Of a stretch of DNA of 64,000 nucleotides, positions 58,608-64,000 are shown piece by piece. The notes below the pieces were generated by a model, which worked only from the letters and a program-made list of their open reading frames with translations, was not told where the DNA came from and did no database searches. Both the position numbers and the translations under genes were made by a program. The stretch spans positions 69,753 to 133,752 of IMG/VR virus record IMGVR_UViG_3300031963_000024; one strand, written 5' to 3'. The stretch's first letter is position 1. Each line of letters starts with the position of its first letter. The DNA is from a virus (Duplodnaviria; Heunggongvirae; Uroviricota; Caudoviricetes).

Positions 58608-59333
58608 ATGAAAAAAATAATATTATCGCTCGTTTTAGTTGGTATGATTGGTTTTATGGGTTGTGAAAAAGAACCTATACCAACACCAAACCCAACAGTT
58701 AATCTTTTGGTAGATGAAGAACCAAACGCTGTAGTAGATTCTATGGGTACCGTTATCTTTGATAACCCAATGACATCTGACATAACACCAACAACTGATG
58801 CAACAATAATGGATTATCCATTATTTTTGGATTACGACCCATTTACAATGGTTACATCAAGAACTGGTAAAATTGATTCTTGTGTAAAAGGTATTGAAGT
58901 TACAAAGGCCGAAAAAGAACTTTTAACTAAGGCTCATTTAAATAAAGTTGAATGTCAAAAACAAAACAAAATAATTGTTGCAAGAATTAATAGAGAAATT
59001 GAAGGTTGGGCTAAAACACAAAAATATAATTATTATGTAAATTGGTATATGGTTGAAAAATCAAAATTAGATTATGATTTAAAAATGGGTGTAATAACTG
59101 AATCCCAATATAAAGAAAAACTTACCACTTTAGAAAAAACATGGAAAAGTAAAATGTCCTATTTAAATAATCAGGTAAAAGAAAAAATCAAAACAAGTTT
59201 GGATAGAGCAACTGCGTGTGGTAAAATAAAAGATTGTGAAAAGGAGTATCTACATAAGGTGTTAGATATACTTGGTAAATCAAGATATAAGAAATGGATG
59301 GAGTGTCACAAACATAACTACAAAAAGAAATAA
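58608..59333 (+). CDS. Lipoprotein, paralogous N-terminus to preceding gene
   Basis: Lipobox GFMGC followed by the same EKEPIP motif. 241 aa. TATAAATA lies about 8 nt upstream. Confidence 0.5.
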   Translation: MKKIILSLVLVGMIGFMGCEKEPIPTPNPTVNLLVDEEPNAVVDSMGTVIFDNPMTSDITPTTDATIMDYPLFLDYDPFTMVTSRTGKIDSCVKGIEVTKAEKELLTKAHLNKVECQKQNKIIVARINREIEGWAKTQKYNYYVNWYMVEKSKLDYDLKMGVITESQYKEKLTTLEKTWKSKMSYLNNQVKEKIKTSLDRATACGKIKDCEKEYLHKVLDILGKSRYKKWMECHKHNYKKK

Positions 59334-59337
59334 AAAT

Positions 59338-59371
59338 AAGACCCAAGATTTGATTATCTTGGGTTTTTTTA
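59338..59371 (+). terminator. Rho-independent terminator
   Basis: AAGACCCAAGAT-TTGATT-ATCTTGGGTTTTTTT. Confidence 0.75.
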
Positions 59372-59384
59372 TTATTATGCGGTT

Positions 59385-60065
59385 ATGAAAAAAAATATAA
59401 TAGGAATTATCCTTTTAATTATTCTAATAATTTTAAGTTTTATAGGTATTAGTTCAACCCTATATTCAAAACCCAATTTACCAAATGATACAATCATTGT
59501 AATACCAAAAGTTCAAGATACCGTTGTTAATATTAACGGAAAATATGGAACTTTTATTGGTGATTCACACACATCAAATCATAATTCAGGATGGCAAGTT
59601 GTTGTTTGTAAAAAAACAGGTCTAAGAATGAATAATCTATCAGTTTCAGGTAAGACAACAGGTTGGATGCTTGAAACCGCAAAAACATCACTACATAAGG
59701 GTATTGATTATTGTTTTGTTTATGGTGGTGCCAACGATATGTTCACAAAATCAATAACACCTAAACGAGCAGTTTCTAATATTCAACAAATTGTTGACTT
59801 ATGTCATACATATAACATTCGTTGTGTGGTTTTAACAGGTTTTGACCCTGTTAAATGTACAAGGACATCAAATCCCGCTTATGGTCCAAGATACGCTCAG
59901 TTTCAAAAAATGTTAATGGATTCAATATCAGGTGCAACTGTTGTTGATACACGTGTAATTGATAGAACAGGATGTTGGGACGAATTATGTCATATGAACC
60001 CTGAAGGTCACAAAAAAATTGGAATGAAAGTAATTCATGACATGAAATTTCATATTATCAGATAA
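59385..60065 (+). CDS. SGNH/GDSL hydrolase (esterase) with N-terminal membrane anchor
   Basis: N-terminal TM helix IIGIILLIILIILSFIGI. Block I GTFIGDSHT (GDSx). Block III YGGANDM (GxND). Block V DELCHMNPEGH (DxxH). Confidence 0.65.
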   Translation: MKKNIIGIILLIILIILSFIGISSTLYSKPNLPNDTIIVIPKVQDTVVNINGKYGTFIGDSHTSNHNSGWQVVVCKKTGLRMNNLSVSGKTTGWMLETAKTSLHKGIDYCFVYGGANDMFTKSITPKRAVSNIQQIVDLCHTYNIRCVVLTGFDPVKCTRTSNPAYGPRYAQFQKMLMDSISGATVVDTRVIDRTGCWDELCHMNPEGHKKIGMKVIHDMKFHIIR

Positions 60066-60071
60066 TTTTAT

Positions 60072-60079
60072 TATCTTTG
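60072..60079 (+). promoter_or_regulatory. Sigma-A-type -7 element (TATCTTTGTAT), leaderless configuration
   Basis: TTTATTATCTTTGTATTGTG. The CDS appears to start at a GTG at 60084. Confidence 0.5.
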
Positions 60080-60083
60080 TATT

Positions 60084-61115
60084 GTGTTACCTAAATTAAA
60101 CAAATATCACAATGATGGACTGTTATATAAACAGACACATCCTACATTACCGTTAACCATATGGAATTATACACCAGCGGTTCAATACGGTGAAAAGTGG
60201 GATGAAGTAACTTTACAGTGCCGTGGTTTAGTGACTGGTACTGAAGGTAATGTAGTTGCAAGACCATTTAAAAAATTCTTCAACATAGAAGAAAACAAAC
60301 ACACACCTACCCAAGATTTTGAGGTATTTGATAAGATGGATGGTTCATTGGGAATCATATTCAAGTACAATGGTGAAATGATATGTGCCACTCGTGGTTC
60401 TTTTACCTCAGACCAATCAAAGTGGATGAGTGAGTTCGCTCAAAAGTACAATTACCAAGACATCATAGTTGAAGGGTTCACTTATTTGTTTGAAATCATC
60501 TACCCTGAAAATAGAATAGTTGTTAATTATGATGGTCAAGAAAGATTGGTATTGTTAGGTATCATCAATACTGAGACAGGTGAAGAACTTCCACACAATG
60601 AGTTGTTTGAAGGGTTTGACGTTGTCAAAAAATACGATGGAGTTCGGGATTATTCCGAATTAAAGGGTAAAGTTGAGCAAAACTCTGAAGGATTTGTTGT
60701 TCGTTTTTCTAACGGAGACCGAATGAAAATTAAAGGTGAGGAATATCTACGACTTCATAAGATAATGACAAATGTATCAACCACTGGTGTTTGGGAATTG
60801 TTATCTAATGGTGGCGACATCAATGAGTTCTTAAAGGACGTACCTGATGAATTTTATAAGAAAGTAAAAGATTATGCGGATTTATTGAAGTATGGGTTTT
60901 ACCGAGTATCTGAAGATTGTGGAAAGGCACACTATTACTTCAGATATGGAAAATATAGTGATAAAGAAATTGAACCAACTAAAAAACAGTTCGCAGAACA
61001 TGTTATGAATCATGGACATCCACCATACAGAGCGGTGATGTTCGCCATGTGGGATGGAAAACCTTATGATAAATTGATATGGAACATAATAAAACCAGAA
61101 TGGAAGAAACTGTAA
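60084..61115 (+). CDS. RNA ligase, T4 Rnl1 family
   Basis: LQCRGLVTGTEGNVVARPFKKFFNIEENKH...VFDKMDGSLGIIFKYNGEMICATRGSF aligns with T4 RnlA [31 protein letters not shown]...[25 protein letters not shown]. This covers motif I (KxDGS) and the KS.GS block. The start is inferred as a GTG. Confidence 0.75.
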   Translation: MLPKLNKYHNDGLLYKQTHPTLPLTIWNYTPAVQYGEKWDEVTLQCRGLVTGTEGNVVARPFKKFFNIEENKHTPTQDFEVFDKMDGSLGIIFKYNGEMICATRGSFTSDQSKWMSEFAQKYNYQDIIVEGFTYLFEIIYPENRIVVNYDGQERLVLLGIINTETGEELPHNELFEGFDVVKKYDGVRDYSELKGKVEQNSEGFVVRFSNGDRMKIKGEEYLRLHKIMTNVSTTGVWELLSNGGDINEFLKDVPDEFYKKVKDYADLLKYGFYRVSEDCGKAHYYFRYGKYSDKEIEPTKKQFAEHVMNHGHPPYRAVMFAMWDGKPYDKLIWNIIKPEWKKL

Positions 61116-61312
61116 CCCGTGAAGAAATGGTTTCATTGGTCAAATCACGTGGATGGTATTCTATGTGGAATGAAAACAATTGGAATAGTCCTGAGACTGA
61201 TAATTTAGATTGGGGTGGGCGGTCTTTGAAAGCCGCCTACCAACAATGTCTTGATGATATTGAAATGGAAGAACGAGTTAAACAAGGAAAAACAATAAAA
61301 ATTAAAATATAA
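61079..61312 (+). CDS. Hypothetical small protein
   Basis: 77-aa ORF overlapping the ligase 3' end by 37 nt. Confidence 0.3.
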   Translation: MEHNKTRMEETVTREEMVSLVKSRGWYSMWNENNWNSPETDNLDWGGRSLKAAYQQCLDDIEMEERVKQGKTIKIKI

Positions 61313-61316
61313 AGTT

Positions 61317-61586
61317 ATGCCAGATTTTAGTACGGAAATCGACATTGATGTTGATGAATTTTGGGATGAATGCTCAAGAAGTGAAAAAAAAGAGTTAATC
61401 GACCTTTTGGTTGAGGAAGGACATGTTACAAGAGTTCCTAACAGTAGTATCAATGATGAAATTCAAAAACCGTCTTTGATAGAAATTGAGTGGAATGATA
61501 TGATTGATAAATTATCTTTATTAAGACAGAGATTGTCAATTGAAGAGGAAGATACCATAAAGGCTCTGGTTGAAAAATACTCATGA
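61317..61586 (+). CDS. Hypothetical small acidic protein
   Basis: 89-aa ORF. Confidence 0.35.
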   Translation: MPDFSTEIDIDVDEFWDECSRSEKKELIDLLVEEGHVTRVPNSSINDEIQKPSLIEIEWNDMIDKLSLLRQRLSIEEEDTIKALVEKYS

Positions 61587-61960
61587 AAAACAAAAAAATC
61601 TACTACTCATCTAAAAATGAAAAACACGAAATTTTAGAAATTTATTGGATAAAAAATAAATTTATTAATAAAGGATATCATGAGCTAACTGTTAACCTTA
61701 ATGGTGCACATCACTCATATGATATAAATGATTTAAATAGATATACAATCAATTCTATTGCAGGTGCTTATATTAAGAATATAACTCTTGGTTTCAAATG
61801 GGTTCGTGATGATGATTTTATGGATAGATTCATTCAAACACTAACACCAATTGTTGAGGAATTTAAAAAAGACGTTGAATATCATCATTCAATTGATGGT
61901 TGGATTGGAAGAGTTTTTATTGAACCTATTGAAAACCTTGTTGATTGGTTAAAAAAATAA
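61583..61960 (+). CDS. Hypothetical protein
   Basis: ATGA-coupled, 125 aa. Confidence 0.35.
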   Translation: MKNKKIYYSSKNEKHEILEIYWIKNKFINKGYHELTVNLNGAHHSYDINDLNRYTINSIAGAYIKNITLGFKWVRDDDFMDRFIQTLTPIVEEFKKDVEYHHSIDGWIGRVFIEPIENLVDWLKK

Positions 61961-61975
61961 AACTATATTTAAAAC

Positions 61976-62233
61976 ATGTTTAACAAATTTTATAAATTAG
62001 ATTTTGGACTACAAATGATTATCACTTGTCTTGTCCTATTTTTTTCAAACCAACTTGTGTCATACACATTGAGTATGGCTAACGTTCCTAGTACAGTATC
62101 ATTTAACGTGGGTGTTGTACTAACATTTATATTGTTTTTACTCCAAACAATATCAATTTATCTTGGAGCAATGGGAATTATTAACTACATAAAACAAACA
62201 AAAACAAAAAATAAAGATGAGCAATCTAACTAA
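61976..62233 (+). CDS. Small two-TM membrane protein with charged C-terminus (holin-like topology)
   Basis: Two hydrophobic helices followed by a KQTKTKNKDEQSN tail. Topology only; no homology claimed. Confidence 0.3.
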   Translation: MFNKFYKLDFGLQMIITCLVLFFSNQLVSYTLSMANVPSTVSFNVGVVLTFILFLLQTISIYLGAMGIINYIKQTKTKNKDEQSN

Positions 62234-63071
62234 ACTTCTAATCGGAGTATCGGTACTGGTACTTTTGATTTTCGGGTTCACGGGATGTGAACGAATTGAC
62301 GCAGGACACGTAGGTGTTAAAGTAAATCTTTACGGTGATGGTAAAGGTGTTGATGATGTAACTGAGGTTACAGGATGGGTATTGTATAACCCGATTTCAA
62401 CCAAAATTGTTGAATTCCCAACTTATGTTCAACATAAAGAATATAAAAAAACTGAAGACGGTGTTGATGAATCTTTTGTGGTAAACTCTAAAGACGGTTC
62501 CGAGTTCCATTGTTCACCAATGGTAAACTACGCAGTAAAACGTGAAAAGGTTCCTTATATATTTGCAAAATATCGTGTTGAGTTGGACCGAATTGAAGAA
62601 GGTTTCTTAAAGACATCTATCTTTGATGCGTTCCGTGTGGTAGCAAATAGTTACACAGCAGACGCTCTTATATCTAATAGACAAGAGTTTGAAATCAAAG
62701 TCCGACAGGTATTGGAAAAACAATTATCACCTGAAGGATTTGTATTACAACAATTTACATCAAACTTAGTTTACCCTGAAACATTTAAGAAAGCGATTGA
62801 GGCTAAGAACAACGCTGTACAATCGGCACTTATGGCGGAAAATCAAGTTAAAACCGCTGAAGCACAAGCAAGAATTAAAATTGCAACCGCTGAAGGTAAT
62901 GCACAGGCTTTGTTGACAAACGCAAGGGCTGAGGCGGAATCTAACAAATTGAGACAACAAACTTTAACACCGTTGTTGCTTCAACAAATGTGGATTGAAA
63001 AATGGGAAGGTAATGTTCCAAGTACTGTTCTCGGAAGTAACCAAAACCTAATGTTTGGATTAAATAAGTAA
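62217..63071 (+). CDS. SPFH/band-7 (prohibitin/HflK-like) lipoprotein
   Basis: N-terminal LLIFGFTGC lipobox-like signal. SPFH core. C-terminal Ala/Glu-rich heptads (AIEAKNNAVQSALMAENQVKTAEAQARIKIATAEGNAQALL). Confidence 0.55.
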   Translation: MSNLTKLLIGVSVLVLLIFGFTGCERIDAGHVGVKVNLYGDGKGVDDVTEVTGWVLYNPISTKIVEFPTYVQHKEYKKTEDGVDESFVVNSKDGSEFHCSPMVNYAVKREKVPYIFAKYRVELDRIEEGFLKTSIFDAFRVVANSYTADALISNRQEFEIKVRQVLEKQLSPEGFVLQQFTSNLVYPETFKKAIEAKNNAVQSALMAENQVKTAEAQARIKIATAEGNAQALLTNARAEAESNKLRQQTLTPLLLQQMWIEKWEGNVPSTVLGSNQNLMFGLNK

Positions 63072-63079
63072 AAAAAAAT

Positions 63080-63110
63080 AACCCGGGATGTAAAAGTCTC
63101 GGGTTTTTTG
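63080..63110 (+). terminator. Rho-independent terminator
   Basis: AAAAAAAATAACCCGGGATG-TAAAAGT-CTCGGGTTTTTTG. Confidence 0.65.
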
Positions 63111-63112
63111 TT

Positions 63113-63120
63113 TATCTTTG
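63113..63120 (+). promoter_or_regulatory. Sigma-A-type -7 element (TATCTTTGTAA)
   Basis: GTTTATCTTTGTAACAT. The ATG is about 10 nt downstream. Confidence 0.5.
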
Positions 63121-63129
63121 TAACATATT

Positions 63130-63306
63130 ATGGAACTACTATATATTGTATTCGGCATGTGGATTGGGGTAATTTTTACTTATTTCCAATGGTACAGACC
63201 AATGGCACAAAAAATTGAAGACCTTGAAGAAGGTATGAAAGATTGTATTAAATCAGGATTAAATGGACCAATAAATTACGGTTCAATAGAAAAAGACATG
63301 GACTAA
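63130..63306 (+). CDS. Small membrane protein (58 aa), not in the supplied ORF track
   Basis: MELLYIVFGMWIGVIFTYFQWYRP... One TM helix. Sits between the promoter motif and the CYTH gene. Confidence 0.35.
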   Translation: MELLYIVFGMWIGVIFTYFQWYRPMAQKIEDLEEGMKDCIKSGLNGPINYGSIEKDMD

Positions 63307-63322
63307 AAAAAAAATAAACGAT

Positions 63323-63784
63323 ATGATAACATTTCAGGAAATTGAACGTAAATTTTTATTGAAGAGATTCCCACGTCTCGCCAAAATCAATACTGTATAC
63401 CAAATTGAACAATGGTATCATGCCGATGGTTTTAGATATAGATATCAAGTTGAAATTCCTACAGGTGAAATCCATATTTTTAAAACCAAAAAAACAAATA
63501 TTTCCAAAGGTATTAATACTGAGGAAGAAACAACTTTAACATCTGAGGAGTTCCAACAACTTGATTTGGCAAATTCACTTCATATTAAAAAAACCCGAAC
63601 TGTTGTAAAACATAAGGGTCATAAATTGGAAATTGACAAATATGAAGGTTTAAATATTGTCATCATGGAGATTGAACTTGGTGATATTAATGAAAAATAT
63701 TCATTACCGAAATATATTGAAAAAGAAGTCCTTTATGAAGTAACGGGTATAAAAGAATTTAGTAATAAAAATTTAGCGGAATGA
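63323..63784 (+). CDS. CYTH-domain protein (triphosphate tunnel metalloenzyme; CyaB/ThTPase-like)
   Basis: N-terminal EIERKFLL (ExExK signature). Length 153 aa. Later acidic motifs (MEIEL). Confidence 0.6.
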   Translation: MITFQEIERKFLLKRFPRLAKINTVYQIEQWYHADGFRYRYQVEIPTGEIHIFKTKKTNISKGINTEEETTLTSEEFQQLDLANSLHIKKTRTVVKHKGHKLEIDKYEGLNIVIMEIELGDINEKYSLPKYIEKEVLYEVTGIKEFSNKNLAE

Positions 63785-63884
63785 GAAAAATAGTGGACAA
63801 AGTTATTATTTTTTTCTTATGTTTAATACCAGGACCGATAATCATGCGGTTTATTAGAAACGACAAAAAAGACAATTGGTTAAT

Positions 63885-64000
63885 ATGACAAACGAAGAAT
63901 GGATTGAGGAATTGTATCACCTATCTCATGAGATTGGTAAGTACAATGAAATGCATGGTAAAGTAAATGAGTGTAGAAAAAAACACCCTGACTTAAATAC
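63885..64000 (+). CDS. Hypothetical protein, 3'-partial
   Basis: ORF begins MTNEEWIEELYHLSHEIGKYNEMHGKVNECRKKHPDLN and runs off the window. ATGA overlap with a 35-aa ORF (63781-63888) that is itself ATGA-coupled to the CYTH gene. Confidence 0.3.
   Translation, partial: MTNEEWIEELYHLSHEIGKYNEMHGKVNECRKKHPDLN

Noticed and set aside
1-64000. CRISPR arrays, integrase/att sites, transposases
   Set aside because: No evenly spaced direct repeats of 24-48 nt were seen. No recombinase or transposase motifs were seen. The region appears to be contiguous phage genome.

Overview
This window reads as a dsDNA phage genome segment, AT-rich and densely packed, with operon-like gene blocks separated by clean intrinsic terminators. 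The host is almost certainly in the Bacteroidetes (Flavobacteriia-like). Two things point that way: a recurrent host sigma-A type -7 promoter element of the TAnnTTTG class, and a 1511-aa protein that ends in a canonical T9SS type-B (gliding-motility-associated) C-terminal domain. The morphogenesis genes are T4-like: a gp23-like major capsid protein, a gp21-like prohead serine protease, an acidic scaffold, a putative portal and a gp17-like large terminase. There is also a gp55-like late sigma factor. The left 14 kb is a large glycan-biosynthesis island with GT-B, GT2 and CgeB-like transferases, a UDP-sugar dehydrogenase, a WbqC-like protein and SAM methyltransferases. Around it sit dUTPase, a DEDDh exonuclease, a HAD phosphatase and PhoH. 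Other notable cargo: a ribosomal protein S21 gene on the opposite strand inside the head module; an N-domain-less ClpC-like double-ring AAA+ unfoldase divergent from a UVR-motif protein; and a split RNA-repair set (metallophosphoesterase, P-loop polynucleotide-kinase-like protein, T4 Rnl1-family RNA ligase). A tRNA-Leu(UAA) has its own promoter and terminator and sits next to an HNH endonuclease. A ~530-nt ORF-free, GC-richer, promoter-to-terminator unit looks like a large structured ncRNA that I cannot assign to a family. The most unusual system is a phage-encoded SprB-repeat adhesin with a T9SS sorting domain, followed by two paralogous lipoproteins and a membrane-anchored SGNH esterase. Coordinates for short motifs were hand-counted and may be off by 1-2 nt.
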